A stretch of DNA of 63,814 nt, the filler included, from Bdellovibrionota bacterium (lineage in GTDB: Bacteria > Bdellovibrionota > Bdellovibrionia > Bdellovibrionales > JAEYZS01): assembly GCA_963169515.1 (NCBI GenBank). It is 5 parts of 5 records of this genome, joined end to end, with 100 filler letters (N's around TTAATTAATTAA, not from the genome) between each part and the next. Parts side by side here need not be neighbours in the genome. Positions count along the whole stretch, not along the records: positions 41,338 to 57,933 come from CAUJEF010000055.1; positions 58,034 to 63,814 come from CAUJEF010000061.1; 3 more parts are not named here. One strand, given 5' to 3'. Made by a program: the position numbers and the translations under genes. Positions within the stretch are counted from its first letter, which is position 1, and each line of letters opens with the position of its first letter. A model generated the notes under the pieces. That model ran no database searches. It was not told the DNA's origin and saw only the letters and a program-made list of their open reading frames with translations. Positions 51,835-61,103 of this stretch are shown here, in pieces.

Positions 51835-53043
51835 TTACTCTTCTTGCCAGTAAACAATTTTTGGTTTTCCGGACAAAGGGGGCTTTGATTTTGCCGCCGA
51901 GTTCCCGCTGTTGCCCCCGGGGGTTGCCGTCGGGGTGGGTGTGGGGGTGCCGCCCTGTTGGTCTTCCTTGTCCATGAATTCCTTTAACCTCTCTTTGACT
52001 GTATCAAAGTCATAGACAATAGCAATGATTTCACTTCGAGATTTCGAATAACTTCCAATGCTTGTAATGCGGAAATTATATTCTGAACCAAAGTACAGGG
52101 GGATTCCGGAATCTTCAATTTCCTTCCAATTTACTCTGTTCCCGAGAAACCCTTTGAACTCTTCCATAGAGGCAAAAGGTCCCTCGTCTGGGTCTTGAAT
52201 TCGTGCGATGATTTCGTCAACAATTTCAGCTGTAAATGTCGGATGAATGGACATTAAAACTTCTTTTTTTGCTAGATTTACACTAATGCCCTTGGTTCCA
52301 TAAACTGTTATGTAAGGAAATATTAAATTGAAAATTTCGTCCGTCATTCCCTTGACCATGTGAAGTTCTTGAAAGGTTTTAAATGGGCGGTTTGGTGGAT
52401 AAAACTCACTGTCGACCCCAAATTCCTCATAATTATTTTTTTCGTCTCCGCCATTCAGGGCCTTGTCGTCTGCATCGATCCAATCAGTGATGTCGTTTAA
52501 AAGCTCGTCTGTTTCTAAGTTTTCATTCCAATCATCATCTTCATCGATTCGGTTTTGGATAAGCTGTCCGATAAGCTTTCGGGTGCTTTCCCTTAAAACT
52601 TTTGAAGGTGAATCCAAGTCGTTGATATCAATCTTGCTTCCCTCAGACTCTATGCGAACGTCGTAACTTGATCCCATCAAAGACTCGCCAACGGACTCTG
52701 TGATGGCTTCTGAATTGGTCAGGCTCAGATCTTTTGGGATAAAAGGTGGCCATTGAAACGGGAATGCCCAAATTTTATTTAACAACTCGGTCTGACCCTT
52801 TAAGTTTTCACCGAATTGGTTCATGATATTTTTAAACAACTGAATGCGGAGCAAGGCCAGCTCTACGCCAGACTTCGCTGCATAATAGGCGCGTACCTTA
52901 TGATAATCGCTATTGGAAACTCGATATTCGACGCTGGTTTCATAACTGATTTCAACGGCAACAAAGGTCATCAACATGATTGCAAAAATTGTGATCATGA
53001 TGGCAACGCCGCGATTTCCAGGTCGAAGAGGCTTAATCGCCAC
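51835..53043 (-). CDS. gspK: Type II secretion minor pseudopilin K
   Basis: RG|VAI prepilin site, AKSGVELA, SKIDIN, DWIDAD, ELHMVKGM; likely GTG start 53043. Confidence 0.9.
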   Translation of the reverse strand: MAIKPLRPGNRGVAIMITIFAIMLMTFVAVEISYETSVEYRVSNSDYHKVRAYYAAKSGVELALLRIQLFKNIMNQFGENLKGQTELLNKIWAFPFQWPPFIPKDLSLTNSEAITESVGESLMGSSYDVRIESEGSKIDINDLDSPSKVLRESTRKLIGQLIQNRIDEDDDWNENLETDELLNDITDWIDADDKALNGGDEKNNYEEFGVDSEFYPPNRPFKTFQELHMVKGMTDEIFNLIFPYITVYGTKGISVNLAKKEVLMSIHPTFTAEIVDEIIARIQDPDEGPFASMEEFKGFLGNRVNWKEIEDSGIPLYFGSEYNFRITSIGSYSKSRSEIIAIVYDFDTVKERLKEFMDKEDQQGGTPTPTPTATPGGNSGNSAAKSKPPLSGKPKIVYWQEE

Positions 53044-53902
53044 CAACACCCCCCGTGCCGCCGGCCCCACCGTTAACTCCCCCAGGGGCGTCTGCCGCAT
53101 TGGGATCTGTTTTTTCTTTATTGTTGGGGAATCGCAGTGGAACAACGCGAATGGCCGACATGGTCTTCCCCTTCTCAGCTCCTTTTTCTTTCCACTCGGT
53201 AGACAGAGAAACTTCAACTGCCAATGGAAAGTTGTCTTTTGTTATGTCGTCGCCGCTCTCGTTGGTCTTCCATTCTTTGTACCAGTCTTCTTTGCCCTTT
53301 CCAAAATAGCGAAGTTCGAATTTCTGCACCCCTTCAAGCACAACATTTTCGTCCCCACCCTCATCGACTTTATCGTCAATGTAGGGACTGGTCCGTCTCC
53401 ACAGACACTGGCCCTTTAATTCAGGCTTCATCACGCTTTCGCAATTTTTTAAAAAATACCCAACCTCTTGCTGATCACTTTGCTGTGAATTTTCGCTCAC
53501 ACGGATATTATTCAAATTTGTGAAATCTAATTTATTTTCAGAACCTAAAAATTGGGTTAGCTGCTTTAGCGGCTTTAGTTTGCTGACAAATGGCGGAAAA
53601 ACTGACGTGGTTCCGTTTTTTTTAGCGTCTTCTTCGGCCTTTTTCTTTTCAGCTTCATATTTTGCTTTTTCCATTTCGACATCGAGATCGTAATAAAAAT
53701 CTTGGTAGTGAAATGCGAGATTAATATCGCGTTCAATGATTTTCATTGCGTTGTTAAGTGCCGTTCGCTGATCAAGGCTACCCTGTAATTTCCCCTTGAA
53801 TTGAACGCCTTGGCGAATGCTCCTTGCGGTAAACAAAGAAATAAACCCCACGATCATAATTGAAATAAGAACTTCGATTAGGGTAAAGCCGTTACGTTTC
53901 AT
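53033..53902 (-). CDS. gspJ: Type II secretion minor pseudopilin J
   Basis: NG|FTLIEVL, IERDI, QEVGYF, LWRR, FPLAVEV. Confidence 0.88.
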   Translation of the reverse strand: MKRNGFTLIEVLISIMIVGFISLFTARSIRQGVQFKGKLQGSLDQRTALNNAMKIIERDINLAFHYQDFYYDLDVEMEKAKYEAEKKKAEEDAKKNGTTSVFPPFVSKLKPLKQLTQFLGSENKLDFTNLNNIRVSENSQQSDQQEVGYFLKNCESVMKPELKGQCLWRRTSPYIDDKVDEGGDENVVLEGVQKFELRYFGKGKEDWYKEWKTNESGDDITKDNFPLAVEVSLSTEWKEKGAEKGKTMSAIRVVPLRFPNNKEKTDPNAADAPGGVNGGAGGTGGVGGD

Positions 53903-54414
53903 GGGCCACCTATTGCGGGAAGTTGATTTTGATAATTCACCAAATAGGTCGTTGCAGAATACTCGACGTTGCTTTTCCCGGCGGACCAAGTAATCGTGAC
54001 TTTCATTTCTTTAATGTTTTTTGAAAAATGTTCGGTCATTTTTTGAATTGTTGTAATTAACATCTCATCATTTTGCCCTGAAGAAACTAAAATCTGGGAC
54101 AAATCGGGGAACGCGAGCAGTTTTACTTCTGCCTTCCATTTAAGGTCGCTAAATTCCTTGTACTCGCCCTCTTCTTGTTCCGTTATTTGGTCAAAGGGGA
54201 GCTCTGCATACTTAATTTCAAGCTCTGAAATTTTACTTTTCAAAAGCGATGTGATCAGCTGAACCTTGTCCGATTTCCGATAGGCAAACAGGCTTCCGCT
54301 CCAGGAACTTGTGAGTGTCACCATTGCAACGCTTAAAATCATGATCGCCACTAAAACTTCGATCAACGTAAATCCGCCGTTGCGGATTCTATTGAATGTC
54401 TTTAAGTGCGACAT
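53899..54414 (-). CDS. gspI: Type II secretion minor pseudopilin I
   Basis: GG|FTLIEVLVA; cluster position. Confidence 0.85.
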   Translation of the reverse strand: MSHLKTFNRIRNGGFTLIEVLVAIMILSVAMVTLTSSWSGSLFAYRKSDKVQLITSLLKSKISELEIKYAELPFDQITEQEEGEYKEFSDLKWKAEVKLLAFPDLSQILVSSGQNDEMLITTIQKMTEHFSKNIKEMKVTITWSAGKSNVEYSATTYLVNYQNQLPAIGGP

Positions 54415-55024
54415 AGGTTTGGGCTGCATAGCTTTGTCCGGTTAGGGGATGAATTGCAATCGTAAATTTTTTATCCTTGCCGTCGGAAATGTGAATTGCG
54501 GCTTTTGTGGCGAAACCCTGTGGAAAAAAGTAAACATAGGCTTTGCCAGTGGTGACTTTTTCTTGTTTTGATCCGAATTCGACATCATCGAATTGGTAGC
54601 CCTTGGGCAATTCCATGGGCTTTTTTAAAATACCTTTGTCCAAAAGAAAATCTGACTTTGGCGCAGGTGAGCCTTGTGGATTGATTTCTTCATTCGATTT
54701 CAGAGAAACAACGGCCGTACTTCCTCGCTCCACATACAGAGAATTTGGACTTCCTTGTCCTAGTTCGATGACCATGCGATAGGGAATGCCTTTTAATCGC
54801 GATGTTGAATGTACGTATCTTGCCAGGACCGTGATTTTTCGTATGATGGCTTTTGCCTGATCACCAGATCGCAAACGAGGGAGGGTCAAACTCATAATAC
54901 CTGCAACAAGCGTCAGGGCGATCAGTATTTCCAGAAGGGTCATTCCGCTTTCAAACTGGGTTTGCCAACGGCAAATGGAGTTTGAAAGGAAACCTTTATT
55001 CCATTTCGTATTCGATATCGGCAT
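54389..55024 (-). CDS. gspH: Type II secretion minor pseudopilin H
   Basis: SG|MTLLEIL, YFFPQG, HPLTG. Confidence 0.85.
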   Translation of the reverse strand: MPISNTKWNKGFLSNSICRWQTQFESGMTLLEILIALTLVAGIMSLTLPRLRSGDQAKAIIRKITVLARYVHSTSRLKGIPYRMVIELGQGSPNSLYVERGSTAVVSLKSNEEINPQGSPAPKSDFLLDKGILKKPMELPKGYQFDDVEFGSKQEKVTTGKAYVYFFPQGFATKAAIHISDGKDKKFTIAIHPLTGQSYAAQTYVALKDIQ

Positions 55025-55406
55025 TTTTCCCTTCGCCGCCCTCTTCGCCGTCAGCGCCAAGTGATCTCAGGGTGAAGGTGCTACCGTCATTTGAGTAGAT
55101 GAGTTCATTTTGCCAAGGATCTTTTGGAACTTTTCTCATATATGGATCCGGGCCCCAGCTTTCGCAGTTTTCTGAGTTTGATGAAAGCGCGGCCAGGTCA
55201 GCAGGGTAAGAACCACAATCTTGTTTGTACATTTGAAGTGACTTTCCAATTTCTTGCATGACAAGCTTTGCAGCTTTTGCATTTGCGCGGCCGAAGGTGT
55301 CGAAAACGGTTTTGCCAATGTAACTTAGTACACCGCCAAGTAATACGATCACCAACATAATCTCAATTAACGTCATACCTTTTTGGTTGCGGAACCTTTT
55401 GGTCAT
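54996..55406 (-). CDS. gspG: Type II secretion major pseudopilin G
   Basis: KG|MTLIEIM, PKDPWQN, SLGADGEEGGEGKNADI. Confidence 0.93.
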   Translation of the reverse strand: MTKRFRNQKGMTLIEIMLVIVLLGGVLSYIGKTVFDTFGRANAKAAKLVMQEIGKSLQMYKQDCGSYPADLAALSSNSENCESWGPDPYMRKVPKDPWQNELIYSNDGSTFTLRSLGADGEEGGEGKNADIEYEME

Positions 55407-55517
55407 TTCTTCCTCCGATGAGCTGGTCTTTATTGAAAAGTATGACATTCTTTCCACCCTTGGACAATGATGTCTAATTAATTTTTTTTAATGATTTTGC
55501 CACTTTAACAGGGAGGC

Positions 55518-55991
55518 TCAAAAATCTTTGCGGATTTTCTTCATTTCTTGACGCACAAGACCAGCAAGCTCTCCGCTTAAGTTTGCGACAGGATGATGGT
55601 AATAGCGACCGAACTGTTCTGCGCTTAAAAGTATAGCATTCATCCAAAAGTCTATGTTTTTGAATGCGTTCTCATCATACTTTTCAAATTGCTTTATCCA
55701 TTCACGGGCAATTTCACGGGCGGCTTGCTCAAGTTCCTTACGGGCACGGTTCAGCATATCTCCAACTTTATAAAACAGGTACATGGGGGCGCAAATTCCA
55801 AAAATAAAAGTCAGAAAACCGACAATGATCAGTTGTTTTACCTTTTCAGGGGCAATGGTCAGGTCGGACCAATATGAGCCTGTTAAAACAAGGGAGGTCA
55901 CCAGACAAAAAATATTCAAAGCAAAAAACGTAATGAGAAGTTTTTTGTAAAACTGCCATTTACGCCAGCTTTCATACAATGCAAAGTTCAT
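55518..55991 (-). CDS. Two-TM hypothetical membrane protein
   Basis: Two hydrophobic helices; ATGA overlap with upstream gene. Confidence 0.7.
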   Translation of the reverse strand: MNFALYESWRKWQFYKKLLITFFALNIFCLVTSLVLTGSYWSDLTIAPEKVKQLIIVGFLTFIFGICAPMYLFYKVGDMLNRARKELEQAAREIAREWIKQFEKYDENAFKNIDFWMNAILLSAEQFGRYYHHPVANLSGELAGLVRQEMKKIRKDF

Positions 55992-57256
55992 ATGATCCTA
56001 TAGGCTTTTAAGCCGTGGAAAAATGTTTCAAGCACCACTTTGACAACAACAATTGTCGGAATTGCGAGTAACATCCCTGCAAATCCAAAAAGCATCGAGC
56101 CACCGAAAACACTCAAGATCACAACGATCGGGTGCAGATTTACAGCGCCACCAAGCACAAGGGGCTGAAAAATCGCATTGTCCAGAAAGTGAGCGATCAA
56201 TACAACGACGACAACCCCGATCATTAAATTGTTGGCGTTCATAAACGGAATTATGGATTGCACGTCTTCGGCGATCAGGGCGTACGCGCATCCTACGATA
56301 CAGGCCATAACCGTTCCAAAGAAAGGGATTGCATTTGTGAATCCACCAATGGCACCGATCAAGAAAGCCGCTTTAAATGGCATACCGCAAATCCAAAAGC
56401 CAATATTCAGTGTGATCCCGACAAGTGTGCATTCCACGACAGTTCCGCGGATGTATTTTCCCAATGCTTCGTCTACGCGATCAATTACGGTTAACATTAA
56501 TTCAAAATAACGGTTTGGAATTTGGCGTACCGTAAAGCGCAAAATTTGACCTTTATCAAAAAGCAAAAATAAAAAAGTAAGCGGAAAGATCAACCAAATT
56601 GATAAGCTATGGATCAGGCTAAAAAGGCCCTCTTTTTTTTCTGCGATGACCCTGTTCTCTGCGTCTGCCGTGCCATCTTGCTTTAGAAGATTTGCTTGAA
56701 ACTCCTCTGATATTTTCGAGTTTTGCAGAAAGTATTCATAATATTTATCTGAAATTGGGGGCTCACCGTTGTGGCCTTTCCGATAGAGGAAGAACAGGCG
56801 GATTTGATCTGGGGCGAGTGTGAGGAAGTCATTTATCTTTTTAACTATTGGATTTAGCTCTTCGCCGAAATTGTTGTAGATTACGTTTCCTTTCTTGGTT
56901 TCCTCATTGATACCCATCCAAGTGACGTAGCGTTCATTCAATCTGTATTTGAGTCGAACTTGCAATTCTAGTTTTTCTCGCTCTGAAGGTAGACTTTCTT
57001 TTATTAGTTTTCCCCCCCAATAAAAGACGGTGCCAACAAAAATTGTTAGCACTGCGATTTTGCTATATTTTGTAACAGTGGATCCTTTAAAGCTATTAGA
57101 CAGAGGTTTAAACAAATAAGCTAAGAACGCGCCCAGGATAAAGGGCAATATCATTGGACGGAGTGACCAGATTAAAAAAATCGCTGTGAACAGAAATATT
57201 GCTCCTGATACAGAATAGATAACAATGCGATTTAATTTGCGCTGACTTGCTGTCAT
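55988..57256 (-). CDS. AI-2E (PerM) family transporter
   Basis: PFILGAFLAYLFKP, LGKYIRG, NAIPFFG, VNLHP, GFAGMLLAIP. Confidence 0.92.
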   Translation of the reverse strand: MTASQRKLNRIVIYSVSGAIFLFTAIFLIWSLRPMILPFILGAFLAYLFKPLSNSFKGSTVTKYSKIAVLTIFVGTVFYWGGKLIKESLPSEREKLELQVRLKYRLNERYVTWMGINEETKKGNVIYNNFGEELNPIVKKINDFLTLAPDQIRLFFLYRKGHNGEPPISDKYYEYFLQNSKISEEFQANLLKQDGTADAENRVIAEKKEGLFSLIHSLSIWLIFPLTFLFLLFDKGQILRFTVRQIPNRYFELMLTVIDRVDEALGKYIRGTVVECTLVGITLNIGFWICGMPFKAAFLIGAIGGFTNAIPFFGTVMACIVGCAYALIAEDVQSIIPFMNANNLMIGVVVVVLIAHFLDNAIFQPLVLGGAVNLHPIVVILSVFGGSMLFGFAGMLLAIPTIVVVKVVLETFFHGLKAYRII

Positions 57257-57807
57257 TATGCGGCCTCGGATCGGCGCTCGAGAAGTTCGTTAGTCGCTTT
57301 CAATCTCTGGCCTACAATGTGAGCGAGAGCCTTGAAAATATGAGTTGTGATTTCGGGATCAATAGCCTTGATTTTATCAATGTCGCTGCGGAAAAGCGCC
57401 AAGGCGTGTGTTCGTGTTATGGAACGCGCCGACGCTGATCGAGGAGACTCATCAAGCAGGGCCAGCTCGCCAACAAAAGATCCCTTAGAGAGGACTGCAA
57501 TTTGTAGTGGAGTTGGTTCATCTGTTTTGATTTCAACGGCAACTTCGCCGTTTTGTATGATAAAAACTGCGGCTCCGGGTTGGCCTTCTTCAAACATAAA
57601 TTCGTTTTCGTTGTATTCACGTTCGTGGATGATTTGTGCGATAATGTCCAGTTGATGGCGGCGTAAATTTTCAAAAAATGGGATTTTTTTAAGAAACTTT
57701 ATTTTATCCATCTCGGGTGCGTTGCGATCTTTTTTGCGCAGATTTCCCCAAAAAATCCGTAGCGAGGACAAAATATGTGGCGCCCGTTTAAGCGAAATAA
57801 TCTTCAT
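57256..57807 (-). CDS. Stand-alone cyclic-nucleotide-binding protein
   Basis: FLKKIPFF, FEEGQPG, GELALLDESPRSASA; no HTH. Confidence 0.9.
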   Translation of the reverse strand: MKIISLKRAPHILSSLRIFWGNLRKKDRNAPEMDKIKFLKKIPFFENLRRHQLDIIAQIIHEREYNENEFMFEEGQPGAAVFIIQNGEVAVEIKTDEPTPLQIAVLSKGSFVGELALLDESPRSASARSITRTHALALFRSDIDKIKAIDPEITTHIFKALAHIVGQRLKATNELLERRSEAA

Positions 57808-57833
57808 AAAGGACCTGTACCTTCCCCTTTAAT

Positions 57834-57860
57834 AAATCGGCGTTTTTCAGCGGTATTTTA
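57834..57860 (-). promoter_or_regulatory. Putative sigma28 (FliA) promoter
   Basis: Minus strand TAAA-N15-GCCGATTT, near-consensus. Confidence 0.7.
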
Positions 57861-57926
57861 GGGTGCCAGACACCAAGCGTCCGCCCGCCCGACGTACGGC
57901 AGGCGGACGCGTTGTGTATGGCACCC
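57861..57926. repeat. GC-rich imperfect palindrome (REP-like) at contig end
   Basis: GGGTGCCA...GCGTCCGCC...GGCGGACGC...TGGCACCC. Confidence 0.65.
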
Positions 57927-57933
57927 ATACAGG

Positions 57934-58033
57934 NNNNNNNNNNNNNNNNNNNNNNNNNNNNNNNNNNNNNNNNNNNNTTAATTAATTAANNNNNNNNNNN
58001 NNNNNNNNNNNNNNNNNNNNNNNNNNNNNNNNN
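57934..58033. other. Artificial contig linker
   Basis: N44-TTAATTAATTAA-N44. Confidence 0.99.
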
Positions 58034-58034
58034 T

Positions 58035-58487
58035 TACCACAATACATTCAGTGAAACGACCTCTATCCAAAAAATGTATCGCGTGTCGTTTGATCTTGAA
58101 GCGCGCCAGGTCGACGCTCGAATGGTTGACGGTAACGTAACGGGAGCTTTGGAAGAGTGTAATTTTAATTTTGATTTGAGCGCAGAACAGGTGCAAGAGC
58201 TAAAACTGCTGCTTGGGCGAATTGAGCTTTGCGACGATCCAGCGGCAGAGTCTCGTGTGTGCGCGGGGTCTTGCCCTTACGATGCCTACAATTTCTATTC
58301 AAACACATTCTTAAAATCGGGCGCCCCTGTTGAAAATGGGTGGCTCCGCGTTTCCAAGAATGAAAACGATATCTCAAGCCGAATATATTTCTGTGGCGGC
58401 CAAGATAAATTATTCGGATATTTAAAAGCGCGAGTGGAAGAAAACCTTCCAGAGCAATGTCCAAAAGATTTTCCAATATTGTTTTAA
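58035..58487 (+). CDS. Cys-rich hypothetical protein (5' partial)
   Basis: Frame open to contig edge; six Cys. Confidence 0.6.
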   Translation, partial: YHNTFSETTSIQKMYRVSFDLEARQVDARMVDGNVTGALEECNFNFDLSAEQVQELKLLLGRIELCDDPAAESRVCAGSCPYDAYNFYSNTFLKSGAPVENGWLRVSKNENDISSRIYFCGGQDKLFGYLKARVEENLPEQCPKDFPILF

Positions 58488-58667
58488 TCGTAGAATAACC
58501 ACAATCCAGACCTTAGACCGAGTGTTTATTGTGCGTTTCCATTCCATAATTTTCTCTGGTGATTCGAATTCATAATGATCCGAACTTAGATTTTGAGTGT
58601 AACGGTTATTGGGATGGACACTATCAAGTTTCTGCAGGCGCTGTAGCGAACTCGAAAAGGGGGGGGC

Positions 58668-59246
58668 ATGAGGCCATTATTATTTTCACTTATATTTTTT
58701 GTCGCAGCACAGGCACAGAGTGCTTATAATTTTCACGAAATTGATCCGGGGAAATTTTATCGCTCGGAACAGTTGAATATGAGAGATTTTGAAAAATATC
58801 TTAAAAAATATGGTTTTAAGACCATTGTAAATCTACGGGGGCCACGCTTCAAAGATTATGAGGCGCAAAAATACATGGCAGAGCAGTATGGCGCAAAATA
58901 CTATACGATCTCTCACAGTGCGAAGACGATTCCTACTCGAGAAAATCTGTTAGCTTTGCTTGACGCTTTTGAAACGGGCGAGCGACCAATTTATGTCCAT
59001 TGCAAAGGCGGCGCTGACCGCACGGGCGAGGCCTCGGCACTCTACCAACTGCTTTATATGCACAAAACAATGAAACAGGCTCTGAAGATGTTGACCGTTA
59101 AATACCTCCACTTCAAAATGTTCTACCCAGCTAAGACCTATTTTATTAAAAAAGTGTGGGGCGGGCTTGATTGGGCAGTGAACGAGTACGAACCTTGCTC
59201 AGGTCAATACAAGTACTTTGATGTTGCAGCCAACTGTAGCTACTAG
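58668..59246 (+). CDS. Exported protein-tyrosine/dual-specificity phosphatase family protein
   Basis: Signal peptide ending AQA; NF...FYRSEQ, TIVNLRG, HCKGGADRTG P-loop. Confidence 0.88.
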   Translation: MRPLLFSLIFFVAAQAQSAYNFHEIDPGKFYRSEQLNMRDFEKYLKKYGFKTIVNLRGPRFKDYEAQKYMAEQYGAKYYTISHSAKTIPTRENLLALLDAFETGERPIYVHCKGGADRTGEASALYQLLYMHKTMKQALKMLTVKYLHFKMFYPAKTYFIKKVWGGLDWAVNEYEPCSGQYKYFDVAANCSY

Positions 59247-59261
59247 AAGCCAAGTTATTAT

Positions 59262-60332
59262 ATGCTAAAAATTGTAAAGTATTTTTTAAAATTGGGGATA
59301 TTAGGGTTTGGCGGTCCTTTTGTTTTAATTGCCCAGATGCAACGGGATCTAGTTGAAAAGGAACAATGGATTACACAAGAAAAATTCAATATGGTGCTGC
59401 CGCTCATTAAGACGATGCCAGGCTCGATTGCTTTTCAAATGGCTATATATCTCGGACGGCAACGGGCCGGGGCCTTGGCGGGAATATTGTCGGGGATTGC
59501 GATCGTTTTGCCTGCATTTCTTATTGTACTTGTGTTTGCTGCTTTTGAGTCTCTTGCGACAAATTCGCCAATATTCAGAGGCCTTCAAATTGCAGCATTG
59601 GCTGTCATTTTTGGAACATGTGTGAACCTTACGCACGGATTTGAAAAGCTTCCAAAATTTTGGTTTTTTGTAATTGTCTCCTTTGTATTGACATGGATGT
59701 TTCCAAAAGCTGAGGCTGTTTGGATTGTCGGCCTAGGCCTGCTATTTACAGTTGCCATTGATCCCAAAAAATTTTTTGCAATCGTACCGTTTGTTCATGA
59801 TTCTGATCGTTTGCCACAAATTTTTTGGACGTGCTTTAAGGCGGGTGCATTTACATTTGGAAGCGGTCTCGCAATTATTCCGCTTATGGAATATGATTTT
59901 GTGAACTATTTAGGCTGGCTAAACCATACGGATTTTATGAATGGTCTTGCGATTGGACAAGTGAGCCCAGGGCCGGTTGCAATCACGGCTACCTTTTTAG
60001 GTTTTAAGGTGGCAGGGTTCGCGGGTGCGCTTACCGCAACAGTTGGAATATTTCTAGCAAGCACAGTGAATATGCTGACATGGTTTCCTAGGGCGGTGGA
60101 TTATGTTTCTCGGTTTTCAAAAATCACACTTTTTTCGACAGGCTCGCTGGCAGCCGCTATCGGTGCTATCGCAGCGGCATGCTTAAAAATCGCATTACAG
60201 TTACAGTTAGATCCGCTTGAAATTATTGTTGTTTTTGTAACACTCGCTCTCATGTTGTTTGTCAAAAAAATTCCGGTTTGGGTGCTTGTGATCGGCCCCG
60301 GCGTCATCTACTTTTTTATACGGTCGGTATAA
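59262..60332 (+). CDS. chrA: Chromate efflux transporter (long-chain CHR)
   Basis: LGFGGP, MPG, FTFGSG, GQVSPGP duplicated domains. Confidence 0.92.
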   Translation: MLKIVKYFLKLGILGFGGPFVLIAQMQRDLVEKEQWITQEKFNMVLPLIKTMPGSIAFQMAIYLGRQRAGALAGILSGIAIVLPAFLIVLVFAAFESLATNSPIFRGLQIAALAVIFGTCVNLTHGFEKLPKFWFFVIVSFVLTWMFPKAEAVWIVGLGLLFTVAIDPKKFFAIVPFVHDSDRLPQIFWTCFKAGAFTFGSGLAIIPLMEYDFVNYLGWLNHTDFMNGLAIGQVSPGPVAITATFLGFKVAGFAGALTATVGIFLASTVNMLTWFPRAVDYVSRFSKITLFSTGSLAAAIGAIAAACLKIALQLQLDPLEIIVVFVTLALMLFVKKIPVWVLVIGPGVIYFFIRSV

Positions 60333-60419
60333 CCAGAACTTATATCTGTCATTATACTTATCTTTTTGCTTTTTGGTTTAGCAGTTACTATAAGCGTTCT
60401 ATCGCCGGGGGGTGATGGG

Positions 60420-61103
60420 ATGTCAAAATTAATACTTTTCACAGGTTTATTCGTTTCATTGTCAGCGGGTGCGTTGGAGTTTCAGAGTGGCGTTCCTATG
60501 GATATTCAAAAACAAATGATTCAAGACCTCGATTTTTTTTACAGCGTAAGTGGGGAAGCCGTATCAGAACTTCATAAAAATGTTTTTGGCGATGTTTCAG
60601 GATCCGATTATAAAAAATTTTTTGAAAGCCGAGTCTCAGTTGTCGGCGCCGGAACCTGCGGGAGCGCGTCTGCCGTTGCTTGTGTGTGGCCCGGGGTCAG
60701 TTCAGGGGGAACGCATACAGATAATATGTTTATTACAAAAAACTATACAAAGCTGAGCCACCCACAAATTGCCAGGCTCATGGTTGTGTATCATGAAGCC
60801 CGCCATACCGAAGACGAAAATGAAAACTGGCCACATATAGATTGTCCCACTCCATATTTAGATGAAAACGGACATGATCGAGTGAGTATTTGGACGCAAA
60901 CTCCGCTTCAGGGATTACCTGGTTGCGATGAAACACCGATCGGTTCCTATGGCAGCTCGGTGGTGTTGCTTAAAAATATTCAGAAATACTGTGTTAACTG
61001 TAATGAGAAAGTAAAAATGGATGCCGGAATTTACGGTGATGATCAGCTGGAAAGAATAACCAATGCAGAAGCGAAAAAAGATTTACAGCGCGATCTCTAC
61101 TAG
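60420..61103 (+). CDS. Secreted Cys-rich protein with HExxH motif
   Basis: Signal peptide ending AGA; VYHEARH. Confidence 0.7.
   Translation: MSKLILFTGLFVSLSAGALEFQSGVPMDIQKQMIQDLDFFYSVSGEAVSELHKNVFGDVSGSDYKKFFESRVSVVGAGTCGSASAVACVWPGVSSGGTHTDNMFITKNYTKLSHPQIARLMVVYHEARHTEDENENWPHIDCPTPYLDENGHDRVSIWTQTPLQGLPGCDETPIGSYGSSVVLLKNIQKYCVNCNEKVKMDAGIYGDDQLERITNAEAKKDLQRDLY

Noticed and set aside
53044..53217. Long gspK N-terminal extension overlapping gspJ
   Set aside because: ORF-caller extension; a GTG at 53043 gives a normal prepilin leader
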